DNA of 64,000 nucleotides from Cytophagales bacterium (GCA_024232295.1 JAAEPT010000154.1:9612-73611); one strand, 5' to 3'. Shown: positions 1 through 9,919, counted from the first letter of the stretch. The notes: generated by a model not told the origin, from the letters alone. Numbers and translations are program-made.

Positions 1-506
1 TTAATATTGGTTTTTACAGCTTTCTCCATCAAACCATATATTTTCTGCATAATTGCACTATTTCCCTTAATGGCTTGACTAAAATCATACTTTTGAGAGA
101 TTTCTTCTTTCAGGTGTTCTATTTCCTCTTTTAGCTCTACTTTTTCTCGTAGATTTTGCACAGAATGCCAAAGCAATGCATGAGTATCTTGGTTTTTAAC
201 AATATAATCATCTGCTCCAGCCTTGAAGAGTTCTATTGCTATGGCAATATCATCCTGTCCAGAAACAATAATGACAGGCAAGTCTGGATGTGTTTGCTTT
301 ATTTGACGAAGAATTTCACTAGCATTAATATCTGGTAATGAATAATCTAATGTAACAATATCTGGTTTCTTGTATAAGTTTGCTAAAAAATCCTTCCCTC
401 TTTCAAAATGACTAATTTCATAATCTGGATTAAGAGATAGTTTATAAGTCAAAGTCGTGGCATACAATAAATCATCTTCTACTACAAAAATTTTTAGATT
501 TCCCAT
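1..506 (-). CDS. sigma-54-dependent response regulator (NtrC family), N-terminal fragment; gene runs off the left edge
   Basis: Absent from the ORF track because it is open to the window edge. Reverse-complement from ATG at 506..504 reads MGNLKIFVVEDDLLYATTLTYKL...DIVTLDYSLPDINASEILRQIK...VIIVSGQDD (CheY-like receiver). It continues ...IKGNSAIMQKIYGLMEKAVKTNI, the usual entry into a sigma-54 AAA+ module. Confidence 0.7.
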   Translation of the reverse strand, partial: MGNLKIFVVEDDLLYATTLTYKLSLNPDYEISHFERGKDFLANLYKKPDIVTLDYSLPDINASEILRQIKQTHPDLPVIIVSGQDDIAIAIELFKAGADDYIVKNQDTHALLWHSVQNLREKVELKEEIEHLKEEISQKYDFSQAIKGNSAIMQKIYGLMEKAVKTNI

Positions 507-647
507 ATTGATCCTTTTAAAAATATACTCACTTTCTTCTAAGTTAAGAGTTTTGTCAAAAAAAGACTGTATTTTTTAAACTAAAAAAGTATATTTCGCT
601 TAATATTCATTATTATAGAGCTTTACAATTAGCCACAGATTCAAAAG

Positions 648-1169
648 ATGATGCACGAATTCGTAATTTCTGAGAAAGACTATATCAAATTTAACATCTA
701 CCATCAGTGGGGAGCACCAGAGCAACGATACAAACGTATTGGTTTCCCAATCCTTCTTACTCTTATTTTTTTATTGAGTTTCATAGATAAAGAGTTTGAA
801 AAAACAAACATCATGGATTATACAATGCCTATTGCTTGTGTAGTTATTGCATTTGTCTTTCTACCTTTTTTGGTAAAATCGGGAATTAGGTTAGGAGTAA
901 AGAAGCGTTTGATGCGTGAAGAGAACCAAGGGTTTATTGGAAAAAGAACAATTGAAATTGGAGAAAACAGTTTCAAAATAATAACAAAATACACTGATAC
1001 TACTTTTAAATGGAAAAGTATCAACCGAATTGCAGAGAATAAAGACCAATTTTTAATATACGTTAGCGAAACGTCTACATACATTATTCCTATTGCTTCT
1101 TTTGAAAATATGGAAGAATATGAAAAATTTAAAAAACTTGTATTTTCTCACTACGAAAAAAGTCATTAA
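648..1169 (+). CDS. small membrane protein (YcxB-like architecture, by eye)
   Basis: 173-aa ORF with two hydrophobic helices (GFPILLTLIFLLSFI, MPIACVVIAFVFLPFLV) followed by a soluble C-terminal half. No catalytic motif recognised. Confidence 0.45.
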   Translation: MMHEFVISEKDYIKFNIYHQWGAPEQRYKRIGFPILLTLIFLLSFIDKEFEKTNIMDYTMPIACVVIAFVFLPFLVKSGIRLGVKKRLMREENQGFIGKRTIEIGENSFKIITKYTDTTFKWKSINRIAENKDQFLIYVSETSTYIIPIASFENMEEYEKFKKLVFSHYEKSH

Positions 1170-1174
1170 CTTTG
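1167..1174 (+). promoter_or_regulatory. candidate Bacteroidota -7 promoter box (TAnnTTTG)
   Basis: TAACTTTG, 23 nt upstream of the ATG at 1197. Motif match only. Confidence 0.3.
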
Positions 1175-1196
1175 TGCTTTATATTAAAATATTTAA

Positions 1197-2363
1197 ATGG
1201 AAGTTACGTTTAAAATGATTGCCAAAACTTTTGCTGGTTTAGAAGAAACATTGGCAAAAGAACTCCAAGCACTTGGGGCAAAGAACATTGAAACTTTGAA
1301 AAGAGCTGTTTCCTTTGAAGGAGACAAAGAACTTATGTATGCTTGTAACTTAGAATTAAGAACAGCATTGCGTATTCTTGTTCCACTTGATACATTTCAG
1401 GCAAAAACAGAAGACGAATTTTATGACTTCCTTCGCAATCAAGTTGATTGGACAAAATACATGGACTTGATGGATACTTTTGCAATTGATGCGGTTGTAA
1501 ATAGTACTATCTTCACTCACTCACAATACATTAGGCACAAAACAAAAGATGCCATTGCTGATTTTTTCAAGGCAAAGTTTAGAAGAAGACCTAATGTAAA
1601 TGCTGAAAACCCTCACATTACATACAATATTCATATTTCAGAAACAGAATGTACATTATCGTTGGATAGTTCTGGTGAAGTTCTTAGTAGAAGAGGTTAT
1701 CGTACAGAGGCAAACACTGCTCCTTTAAACGAAGCACTAGCAGCTGGATTAATTTTATTGGCTGATTGGGATAAAGAAACTTCATTTTTAGATCCAATGT
1801 GTGGCTCTGGAACAATTCTTATTGAAGCTGCGATGATTGCTAATAATATTGCTCCTAATACACTTCGTAATAAGTTTGGTTTTACACAATGGAAAGATTT
1901 TGATAGAAAATTGTGGAGAGCTGTTCGTAGAAATGCAAAGAGAAAAGAAACTAAGAACCCAGTAGAAATTATGGGGGCTGATGTAAGCGAGCCATTCATT
2001 AAAATTGCTGAAAAGAATATTGAACGAGCAAATCTTAGTCATTGCATAGATGTTGACCAAATTTCTTTTCAACAAACAGAAGGTTTTGATGAGAAAGGAC
2101 TTATCATTATTAATCCTCCTTATGGTGAGCGTTTAATCGATGAGCAAGAAGAGGTGAATGATTTATATGAGGAAATTGGAGACACATTAAAAACCTACTA
2201 TAGTGGTTATGAAGCATGGATCCTATCTTCTAATGATGAAGCATTCAAACATATTGGTTTAAAGACGTCTCAAAAAGTTTCACTTTATAATGGTTCTTTG
2301 GATTGTAACTTCAATCAATATGAACTATACGAAGGAAGCAAAAAAGAAGAATATGAAGTTTAG
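1197..2363 (+). CDS. THUMP-domain class I SAM-dependent RNA methyltransferase (COG0116 / RlmL-type)
   Basis: 388 aa. N-terminal THUMP-like region, SAM motif I DPMCGSGTILIEAA, and motif IV IIINPPYGERL (NPPY). Confidence 0.8.
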   Translation: MEVTFKMIAKTFAGLEETLAKELQALGAKNIETLKRAVSFEGDKELMYACNLELRTALRILVPLDTFQAKTEDEFYDFLRNQVDWTKYMDLMDTFAIDAVVNSTIFTHSQYIRHKTKDAIADFFKAKFRRRPNVNAENPHITYNIHISETECTLSLDSSGEVLSRRGYRTEANTAPLNEALAAGLILLADWDKETSFLDPMCGSGTILIEAAMIANNIAPNTLRNKFGFTQWKDFDRKLWRAVRRNAKRKETKNPVEIMGADVSEPFIKIAEKNIERANLSHCIDVDQISFQQTEGFDEKGLIIINPPYGERLIDEQEEVNDLYEEIGDTLKTYYSGYEAWILSSNDEAFKHIGLKTSQKVSLYNGSLDCNFNQYELYEGSKKEEYEV

Positions 2364-2826
2364 AAGGCTAACAGATGAGGAATTAACAGCTCTTGAAAAA
2401 GAGTTTGTTGAGTTCTTAGTTTCAAATACAATTACTGCTGATGATTGGGAAAAACTCAAGAAAGATGACACAAATTCTGCTCATGAGTTAATTGACTTAT
2501 TCAGTGATATTGTCCTTGAAAAAGCCTTAGGAAATATTAAATATTTGGAGCATCGAGAAGAAAAGAGCTTGATGCTTTTTGAATGTGGAAAGGAACAAAT
2601 CACATTGATTGGAGTGAATGCCAATGAAAATGTATCAGTAGACTTACGCAATCAAGATTCTATTCAAAGCCTTTTGAATCAAGGAATTGATGATAATGCT
2701 CTTTCTATTTTCAAAACAACCAAAGCCTACCAACAAAGTAGAGAAGAAGAAATTTTTCAGATGACAGAAAATTCTTGTTTAGTCTCTGATGGAGCTTTGT
2801 TTTATAGCCTCAACAAAATCTGCTAA
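2353..2826 (+). CDS. hypothetical acidic protein
   Basis: ATG at 2353 (MKFRRLTDEELTALEKEF...) overlaps the upstream stop by 11 nt. The track start at 2290 lies inside the upstream CDS. Confidence 0.6.
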   Translation: MKFRRLTDEELTALEKEFVEFLVSNTITADDWEKLKKDDTNSAHELIDLFSDIVLEKALGNIKYLEHREEKSLMLFECGKEQITLIGVNANENVSVDLRNQDSIQSLLNQGIDDNALSIFKTTKAYQQSREEEIFQMTENSCLVSDGALFYSLNKIC

Positions 2827-3690
2827 ATGCTAGCTCTTATAGTATTTATCTTATTGACTGCTAGTTTTTCAGTCATTTTCAAATTATTTGACCAATACAA
2901 ACTCAATACATTCCAAGCCATTGTTGTGAATTATTGGGTTTGTGTTTTTACAGGGAGCACCTTTTTTCTATCAAGCAACTCTATCGAAGCCATTTCTTGG
3001 GAGTGGACATGGGGGAAATATGCTATTTTCTTAGGAATGGGATTTATTGGTACTTTTTACCTAATTGCTCTTGTTTCTCAAAAAATCAGCATTGCTATGG
3101 GAGCTTTGGCAAGTAAAACATCCTTGGTAATTCCTGTATTTTTCAGTCTCTTTTTCCTTTCAACTCCTTCATCTTATAAGTGGTATAATTATATTGGCTT
3201 GGGCTTAGCCATTTTCTCTATTGTGATGTCTTCTTTACCAAAGAAAGAGACAAAACAAAAATCACTATGGCTCATTCCTATTGTCTTCCTTCTTACAGGA
3301 AGCTTAGATAGCCTAATTAACTATTCTAATGGATTATTGACAACAGAAACACAGACTCGTGTTTTTCCACTTGTGACCTTCTTTTCTGCCTCTATCGTTG
3401 GTACTATCATTTTGGTTACACAACTTATTCGAAGTAAAGAAAAGGTTGAAATGAAAAATATTATAGGAGGTATTAGTTTAGGTGTCCCCAACTACTTTTC
3501 CATTTACTTTTTATTGAAAGCTTTACAGCACTTTGAAAATAATGGAGCTTGGCTATACCCTGTTGCCAATATTAGCATCATTATCATCACAGGGGCTTTG
3601 GGTTTCTTTCTATTTAAGGAACAACTTGACAACAATAAAAAACTAGGGATAGGATTGGCTATATTAGCAATTATTCTTTATGCTATTTAA
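2827..3690 (+). CDS. polytopic membrane protein, DMT/EamA-like transporter
   Basis: 287 aa with about 10 hydrophobic segments in two similar halves. Start abuts the upstream stop. Confidence 0.5.
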   Translation: MLALIVFILLTASFSVIFKLFDQYKLNTFQAIVVNYWVCVFTGSTFFLSSNSIEAISWEWTWGKYAIFLGMGFIGTFYLIALVSQKISIAMGALASKTSLVIPVFFSLFFLSTPSSYKWYNYIGLGLAIFSIVMSSLPKKETKQKSLWLIPIVFLLTGSLDSLINYSNGLLTTETQTRVFPLVTFFSASIVGTIILVTQLIRSKEKVEMKNIIGGISLGVPNYFSIYFLLKALQHFENNGAWLYPVANISIIIITGALGFFLFKEQLDNNKKLGIGLAILAIILYAI

Positions 3691-3755
3691 AGTTCTTATT
3701 TCAAAAACACCCTTTTTTTTGTAATTTAACGGGGCAAAAACAAATATAAATAGAC

Positions 3756-4571
3756 ATGAAAACATTAGGCACATTGTTTTTTACTTTCTGTGCACTAGCC
3801 ATCTCATTTGCTCAATCCAATACACAAGTTCGTTTAGATGATGTCTTTTTTGATAAAAATCAATCTGATATTAAAGGAGCAGCAAAATCGGCACTAGATT
3901 ATAACATTACATTACTCAAAAAGCATAAAGAAATTCATATTATGCTAAATGGTTATATCGATGAAATAGAATTTGAAACTAATCAAGGCATTCATGAGAA
4001 ACGTCTCCAATCAGTCATCAAGTATTTGAAAAAAAATGAAATAGACTTAAATAGAATATATGTTTCGGAAGAAAAGTATCACTATGAAACACATTTATAT
4101 TTTGCCAATACATTAGGAGGAGATTTAAAAGATCGAATGCATAGAAAAGTTTCTTTTAAATTGATAAAAAAAGACCCAGAACAAGACGAAAACATAGTAA
4201 CTGCTCATACTTTTATCAATACTCATCATCATGAGATACATGATATTATTGTGCAAGCAAAAGAACATCCAGAAATAAAGTGTACTTACAAAATTCAGTT
4301 AGCGGCTTTAAGTGATGCAACCAAACAGTCAGAGTTTCAACCATTAGAAGTTGAAACAATTCCATTTGGAAATGGCTTATTTCGTTATACAACAGGAAAT
4401 ACTACAAATATTGAAGACGCAATACATATATTGACTGCAGTACAACTACAAGGCTTCACCACAGCTTTTATCATTGTAAATAAAGATGAAGAGGCTTTGG
4501 AACCTACAACAAATCATACAACTGGGGCAGATTCTACAACAACACAAGTAGATGCGAATTCAGGGCAATAA
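3756..4571 (+). CDS. secreted protein with C-terminal SPOR-like domain
   Basis: Signal peptide MKTLGTLFFTFCALAISFAQS. C-terminal YKIQLAALSD...GLFRYTTGN...GFTTAFIIV resembles a SPOR fold. The N-terminal half is weakly OmpA-like. Confidence 0.45.
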   Translation: MKTLGTLFFTFCALAISFAQSNTQVRLDDVFFDKNQSDIKGAAKSALDYNITLLKKHKEIHIMLNGYIDEIEFETNQGIHEKRLQSVIKYLKKNEIDLNRIYVSEEKYHYETHLYFANTLGGDLKDRMHRKVSFKLIKKDPEQDENIVTAHTFINTHHHEIHDIIVQAKEHPEIKCTYKIQLAALSDATKQSEFQPLEVETIPFGNGLFRYTTGNTTNIEDAIHILTAVQLQGFTTAFIIVNKDEEALEPTTNHTTGADSTTTQVDANSGQ

Positions 4572-4579
4572 ATCATTAC

Positions 4580-4610
4580 AAAGCTACCTCAAAAGGTAGC
4601 TTTTATTTTT
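4580..4610 (+). terminator. rho-independent terminator
   Basis: AAAGCTACC / GGTAGCTTT stem followed by a T-run. Confidence 0.6.
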
Positions 4611-4635
4611 AACAACTTTTTACACTTGAAACAAG

Positions 4636-4764
4636 ATGAGTAACATAAACGAAAACATAGCTAATACATATAACCAGTATGCCAAGAATTATGAGAACAA
4701 ATTCATGAAGATGAATTTTTCACTTCTACTACTATTGAGAAAGATTTATTACGAATATATGTAA
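4636..4764 (+). pseudogene. possible relic of a class I methyltransferase N-terminus (42-codon ORF)
   Basis: MSNINENIANTYNQYAKNYENKFM... resembles the Y-D/N-x-x-A-x-x-Y-D/E-x-x-F opening of SAM methyltransferases, then degenerates (NFSLLLLLRKIYYEYM*). By-eye resemblance only. Confidence 0.2.
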
Positions 4765-4777
4765 CCAATCATAAACA

Positions 4778-5617
4778 TTGAGTTATCAACTTATGATAAA
4801 TAAAAAACAAACACTTATAAGCTTGTTCATATTAGTTAGTACATTGGGGTTTGCCCAACACACAATTACTTTAGAAGAAGTTAGCTTTAAAGATGGTAGA
4901 ATTTGGGAGTATACAGGAACAGCTACAAATATTATTATTCCTGATAGTTTAGATGGAGAATTAGTGACAGGTATTGGAAGTAATGCTTTTAGAAATAAAA
5001 ATCTTACAGATGTAATACTACCTAGTGGTATTACAATTATTGATGTACATGCTTTCAGAAAAAATAAACTAACTAAAATTATTATTCCACCTAAAGTAAA
5101 AACAATTAGTTTAGGTGCTTTTGCATATAACAACTTGACAGAAATTACAATACCAAGTAGTGTAGAAAACATCTATAGATATGCATTTATTAAAAATAAC
5201 ATTTCTAAAGTCATCATATTAGAGGGAGCATTAAAGACGATAAATAATGTTTTTCTTTACAACAAACTTACTGAAGTTACTATTCCCAATAGTGTAGAAA
5301 TCATATACAATAGTGCTTTTATTGGAAATCAACTTACAGAAATCACAATTCCAAGTACAATTGAAGTAAGAGAAAATGCTTTTGATTCAGATGTTACTAT
5401 TATTAGAAAAGAAGAGATTCAAATCTCTATTTACCCAAACCCATCTACACATTATATCACTGTCCAATCTTTGAGTGATGAAATAATTAATATTTATTCT
5501 GTTACTGGAACATTAATCATGAGTTCTGAAAGCAAAACCATTGATATTTCAGAATTACCTACAGGTGTTTATCTTCTAAAACAAGGAGAAAGTTCTACTA
5601 GATTTATCAAAGAATAG
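4778..5617 (+). CDS. BspA-type leucine-rich-repeat surface protein with T9SS type-A C-terminal sorting domain
   Basis: Repeats of the form LTxIxIPxSVxxIxxxAF (LRR_5-like). C-terminus IYPNPSTHYITVQS...GVYLLK is a Por_Secre_tail signature. Start is TTG 4778 or ATG 4793. Confidence 0.75.
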   Translation: MSYQLMINKKQTLISLFILVSTLGFAQHTITLEEVSFKDGRIWEYTGTATNIIIPDSLDGELVTGIGSNAFRNKNLTDVILPSGITIIDVHAFRKNKLTKIIIPPKVKTISLGAFAYNNLTEITIPSSVENIYRYAFIKNNISKVIILEGALKTINNVFLYNKLTEVTIPNSVEIIYNSAFIGNQLTEITIPSTIEVRENAFDSDVTIIRKEEIQISIYPNPSTHYITVQSLSDEIINIYSVTGTLIMSSESKTIDISELPTGVYLLKQGESSTRFIKE

Positions 5618-5630
5618 TTCAACATAACTA

Positions 5631-5661
5631 AAAAGCCTTTTGCTACAAACAAAAGGCTTTT
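5631..5661. terminator. bidirectional terminator hairpin
   Basis: AAAAGCCTTTT ... AAAAGGCTTTT between convergent genes. Confidence 0.65.
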
Positions 5662-5664
5662 TAG

Positions 5665-6252
5665 TTATTCCAAAATCCACTTCTCTAACTTTCCTTTCAC
5701 CTCTTCTGCCATTCCTATTTTCAAAGAAAGAGTCATCTCACAAGTATTATCAAAAGACTGGTGAAGAACTTCTGGATTATAATCCTTGATAACTTTCATC
5801 ACATCATTCATTGCAAAATAGTCAAAGCCAATTTTGACACTCTCTGTGACATCTTTGGTAATGATGGTAGCCTGTTCTATTGCATCTAAGGCAGAACTTC
5901 GATAAGCATTTATCAATCCTGCTACTCCTAATTTTGTGCCTCCAAAATAACGTACAACTACAATTAGAATATCGGTCAAATTATGAGAGCATATTTGACC
6001 CAAAATTGGGTTTCCTGCTGAGTTGGAAGGTTCTCCATCATCATTGGCACGAAAGCGTTTTTGATCTGCTCCCAACATAAAAGCGAAACAGTGATGTCTT
6101 GCATCATAGTACTCTTTTCGCAACCCTTTTACAATCTCTCTGATTTCTTCTTCTGTCTGTACTGGATAAGCATAAGCAAAAAACTTACTTCCTTTCTCTT
6201 TATAAACACCTTCTGAAATCTTCTCAATTGTTTGATATTGTTCTACACTCAT
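5665..6252 (-). CDS. yigZ: IMPACT/YigZ family protein
   Basis: 195 aa. KGSKFFAYAYPV...YYDARHHCFAFMLG...DDGEPSNSAGNPIL is the UPF0029/YigZ signature. Confidence 0.8.
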   Translation of the reverse strand: MSVEQYQTIEKISEGVYKEKGSKFFAYAYPVQTEEEIREIVKGLRKEYYDARHHCFAFMLGADQKRFRANDDGEPSNSAGNPILGQICSHNLTDILIVVVRYFGGTKLGVAGLINAYRSSALDAIEQATIITKDVTESVKIGFDYFAMNDVMKVIKDYNPEVLHQSFDNTCEMTLSLKIGMAEEVKGKLEKWILE

Positions 6253-6255
6253 TCT

Positions 6256-7920
6256 TTATCGCTCTGCTATGAATAAAAAGTCACTTCCTGGCTCATTCTC
6301 TCCAAACTCTCCATGATGAGGAGTGGGAGTTGCATGTTCTACATAGCCAATTAATTCAGAAAAAGTCAGAATATAATCTTTCCCTCCATTATTTCGTAGT
6401 GCTTCCAATACTCTACGAGCAAAAGGAGAATGATTTCCTGCTCTACCATCGGGCACATATTCTTTTCCTCCAGAAGTAATAAATTTTCGTGTTTTGAATT
6501 CCAATTTTCGGGCAATAAATTGTTCAGAAGAAGTATTTTGAGAAATATTATTCCCTCCTCCCCTATGCTTAGATAAGTTTTGATCAAATGTTCCTCCAAA
6601 ACAAACATCCATCATTAGACAAGTATGCTCACAAGGTATATTGTTAATGATTGTTCTAAGAATAGAATGAGGTATATAGCTTGTATTTCCATCATCATCA
6701 ACCAAAGAGTTTGAACAAACTACATATCCCTCTCCAAAATCTTCATCATATTGCCCATGCCCTGCAAAAAACACAAATAACTGATCATGTGGATTATATG
6801 ATTTCTTAGCATATTCTTTCAACTTTGCCATCATATCTCTTTTGGGTGCATTTTCCACAATTTCTACCTCAAAGCCATAGCGTTCTGTTAGTTCTTTGGC
6901 TATTGCTTTGGCATCAAATACAGGATTAGTAAGGTCTGTCCAATGAGCATATTCATTTGTCGCAAATAAAAGAGCATAGTCTTTTCTATCCAATGTTCCT
7001 GTTTTGGTATCTACCTTAATAATTCGCTTTGAAATGGTTAAATTCCCTTGTTCATCCTCTACAAATAATTGCAGTTCATTGATTCCTAATTCCAAAGTAA
7101 TATCTTCTGCCAAGACCTCTTGAAGCCCTCCTCCTTCTATTGCATTCCCATATACTTCGTCATTTACCATTAAACGCACACCAACTATTGGATAAAGTGA
7201 TTTAATATTGGCTTCTACATGTAGATGTTTGGTATAAATTGTACTTAACTCATGTTTAGGGTTAAACCAAACCACTACAGGTTTAGCATCTTTTTCAGCT
7301 TGGCTCATCTTTCGTTTGACCTTTACATTCTGAATTGATAATTTCATATTAGCATTCACAATGTACCCCATTTGTTTTCCTAAAAACGGTTGAAAATCTG
7401 CTGTATGAATATGCTCTCCATTGACATAGAATAAAATACGCTTTTCTTTCTTTTTGATTTTAAGAGTATTCAGTTGCCCCATCGGTTTGATAATCTCATT
7501 CCCTAGACGTACCCAAGGACGAATTTGAATAAACTCCCCATCTTCCACTTGATAAATATTACACTTACCATCAGAACTAATGGTGAAGGCAAAAAAGTTA
7601 TTTCCATCTTTGGCTCCCCACACAAAACCATAACCATAGCGTTGATCACCAGAAAGCTGTTTGAGTGTAGTAGTTATTTCGAAGTTTTTGTGACTATTAA
7701 AGTTGGCATTGGCATTCAAAAAAAGTGAAGCTCCTGTTGTAGAAACTTGCTGAACAATATACTTACCATTAATGACTTTCGCTTTTACGTTTGAGGTATT
7801 TGTAACCAACCATTTTTTTTGATTGTCTTTAAAATTTTCCTTAAACAATACTTTATCTTGAGCACAAGCATTGTATACAAATACAAAAAAAGAAATGAGT
7901 AGAAGGATTTTTTTCATCAT
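6256..7920 (-). CDS. secreted caspase-family (peptidase C14) protein with N-terminal jelly-roll-like domain
   Basis: Signal peptide MMKKILLLISFFVFVYNACAQ. The C-terminal half has the catalytic His context LFVFFAGHGQY and Cys context LMMDVCFGG. Confidence 0.8.
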   Translation of the reverse strand: MMKKILLLISFFVFVYNACAQDKVLFKENFKDNQKKWLVTNTSNVKAKVINGKYIVQQVSTTGASLFLNANANFNSHKNFEITTTLKQLSGDQRYGYGFVWGAKDGNNFFAFTISSDGKCNIYQVEDGEFIQIRPWVRLGNEIIKPMGQLNTLKIKKKEKRILFYVNGEHIHTADFQPFLGKQMGYIVNANMKLSIQNVKVKRKMSQAEKDAKPVVVWFNPKHELSTIYTKHLHVEANIKSLYPIVGVRLMVNDEVYGNAIEGGGLQEVLAEDITLELGINELQLFVEDEQGNLTISKRIIKVDTKTGTLDRKDYALLFATNEYAHWTDLTNPVFDAKAIAKELTERYGFEVEIVENAPKRDMMAKLKEYAKKSYNPHDQLFVFFAGHGQYDEDFGEGYVVCSNSLVDDDGNTSYIPHSILRTIINNIPCEHTCLMMDVCFGGTFDQNLSKHRGGGNNISQNTSSEQFIARKLEFKTRKFITSGGKEYVPDGRAGNHSPFARRVLEALRNNGGKDYILTFSELIGYVEHATPTPHHGEFGENEPGSDFLFIAER

Positions 7921-7953
7921 AAGGCATTCTTAAAATAACAGGTGTACATTAAA

Positions 7954-7983
7954 AAAGCTGTTCATAAATTTACAAACAGCTTT
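7954..7983 (-). terminator. terminator hairpin
   Basis: AAAGCTGTT / AACAGCTTT stem just downstream of the 7988 stop. Confidence 0.5.
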
Positions 7984-7987
7984 CTAG

Positions 7988-8299
7988 TTATTGTTTTGGT
8001 TCTTCTCCCAATTTCAGGCCAAATCTGCTAAGCATCTTCTTTTCAAATGCACAAAAAAACTTGAATTGTCCTAATAGAGTTCCATTAATCAACAATGTGA
8101 TTTGATAAAATACAAATACTAACAAGAAACTTAGTGGATAATAAACCCAAGGACCAATATTCTCAATTGATAATCCTAGCCATTCCATTAAATGTCTTCT
8201 CATAAAGGCAGCTGTTGAACCTGTAACGGCAAAAGTAATCAAAATCAATGCGAATTGTAGATTACTTGTTATTCCCCACTTTTCTTTCAAACGATTCAT
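7988..8299 (-). CDS. small membrane protein
   Basis: 103 aa with 2-3 hydrophobic helices, tightly packed behind the pseudouridine synthase gene. Confidence 0.5.
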   Translation of the reverse strand: MNRLKEKWGITSNLQFALILITFAVTGSTAAFMRRHLMEWLGLSIENIGPWVYYPLSFLLVFVFYQITLLINGTLLGQFKFFCAFEKKMLSRFGLKLGEEPKQ

Positions 8300-8301
8300 C
8301 T

Positions 8302-9057
8302 TTATAACATATTTTGATTATCTAATAAACCTCTCAACTCTCTATCACTTTTCTTATCTAATGTAAGATACTGTTCCCAGAAATCTTGATTTGGTAAACC
8401 AGCAATTAACGTAATTGATTCTTTGGTAACAGGATGGTTAAAGTGTAATCTTCTTGCATGTAAGTTAATATCACGCTTTCCTGGATTAAACTTCACAAAA
8501 CCATACTTTACATCTCCCCTAATTGGACAACCCATAGAAGCCAATTGAACACGAATTTGATGTGGTCTTCCTGTAATTGGAGAAACCTCCAACAACCAAT
8601 GATCATTTAGTTTTCCTAATGCCTTATAAGTTAATGTAGCCTTTAAAGAACCTTCCTTTTCCTTATCATAAGCCTTTGTAATATTCTTTGCAGAATCTTT
8701 TACTAACCAATGATTTAAACGTCCTTGTTCTGGTCTTGGCTTCCTTTTTACAATTGCCCAATAGGTCTTATAAATCTTCTTTTCACGCATCATTTTGTTC
8801 ATGCGTTCCAAAGCTTTGGATGTTTTGGCAAACATTACCAAACCACTTACAGGACGATCCAAACGGTGAATTGTACCTAAGTACACATTCCCTGGTTTGT
8901 TATATTTTTCGTTGATATATGCCTTTACATAATCAGAAAGTGTAGTATCTCCAGTCTTATCTCCTTGTACTAGTACACCACTTTCTTTATTGACTACAAT
9001 CAAGTGATTATCCTCATATACTACCTGAAAAGGCATTCCTTCTATCTTCTGTTCCAT
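8302..9057 (-). CDS. RluA-family pseudouridine synthase
   Basis: HRLDRPVSGLVMFAKT catalytic-Asp motif and PHQIRVQLA motif. Confidence 0.85.
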   Translation of the reverse strand: MEQKIEGMPFQVVYEDNHLIVVNKESGVLVQGDKTGDTTLSDYVKAYINEKYNKPGNVYLGTIHRLDRPVSGLVMFAKTSKALERMNKMMREKKIYKTYWAIVKRKPRPEQGRLNHWLVKDSAKNITKAYDKEKEGSLKATLTYKALGKLNDHWLLEVSPITGRPHQIRVQLASMGCPIRGDVKYGFVKFNPGKRDINLHARRLHFNHPVTKESITLIAGLPNQDFWEQYLTLDKKSDRELRGLLDNQNML

Positions 9058-9062
9058 CTCTC

Positions 9063-9884
9063 TTAATATGATTCTGATTCATTTGGAAAGTCAACTGCTT
9101 TCACATCTTGAATATAACCTGAAACTGCATCTATCATTGTTGTGTGCAAATCTGCATATCTTCTTAGGAAGCGAGGTTTAAACTCTTTATTGATTCCCAA
9201 CATATCATGTGAAACCAAAACTTGTCCATCTACTCCATTTCCTGCTCCAATTCCAATCACTGGAATTTTCAAAGATTCTGCTACTTTTGTTGCCAATTCG
9301 GCAGGTACCTTTTCCAATACAACAGCAAAACAACCTGCTTGTTCTAAAATTTTAGCATCTTCTATCAATTTTTGAGCTTCTTCTTCATCAGTTGCTCTCA
9401 CAGCATAAGTTCCAAATTGATAAATAGATTGTGGAGTAAGTCCCAAATGCCCCATTACTGGAATACCAGCAGATAAAATACGCTTTACCGATTCCTCAAT
9501 TTCACTTCCTCCTTCAATCTTAATAGAATGAGCACCAGACTCTTTCATGATACGAATGGCAGAACGCAAAGCTTCTGAAGAATTTCCTTGGTATGAACCA
9601 AAAGGTAAATCTACCACCACAAAAGCTCTGTCAATTGCTCTTACTACAGAACTTGCATGATAAATCATCTGGTCTAATGTAATGGGTAAAGTTGTTTCAT
9701 GTCCCGCCATTACATTGGATGCAGAGTCTCCCACCAATAAGACATCAACTCCAGCCATATCCAAGATACGAGCCATTGTATAGTCATAAGCTGTAAGCAT
9801 AGAGATTTTCTCTCCACGTTCTTTCATTGCTTGTAACTGATGAGTAGTTATTTTTTTTATATTGGATTTCTTTGCAAGTGACAT
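9063..9884 (-). CDS. panB: 3-methyl-2-oxobutanoate hydroxymethyltransferase
   Basis: [51 protein letters not shown] is a canonical PanB N-terminus. Confidence 0.95.
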   Translation of the reverse strand: MSLAKKSNIKKITTHQLQAMKERGEKISMLTAYDYTMARILDMAGVDVLLVGDSASNVMAGHETTLPITLDQMIYHASSVVRAIDRAFVVVDLPFGSYQGNSSEALRSAIRIMKESGAHSIKIEGGSEIEESVKRILSAGIPVMGHLGLTPQSIYQFGTYAVRATDEEEAQKLIEDAKILEQAGCFAVVLEKVPAELATKVAESLKIPVIGIGAGNGVDGQVLVSHDMLGINKEFKPRFLRRYADLHTTMIDAVSGYIQDVKAVDFPNESESY

Positions 9885-9919
9885 CTTTGCATTTATTATT
9901 AAGGTAAGGCGTAAAAATA

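Noticed and set aside
156-338. 60-aa plus-strand ORF in the track
   Set aside because: It lies antisense inside the much better supported response-regulator gene (1..506, minus strand). The sequence is low-complexity and has no motif.
818-2075. Antisense ORFs 818..1084, 1697..1999 and 1788..2075
   Set aside because: These are shadow ORFs opposite genes with clear motifs (the membrane protein and the THUMP methyltransferase). Their composition is typical of antisense frames in AT-rich DNA. The same reasoning applies to the other antisense track ORFs, for example 4786..5172, 5880..6080, 16299..16751, 20179..20502, 26808..27110, 29531..30199, 31068..32027, 50563..51147 and 61647..63067.
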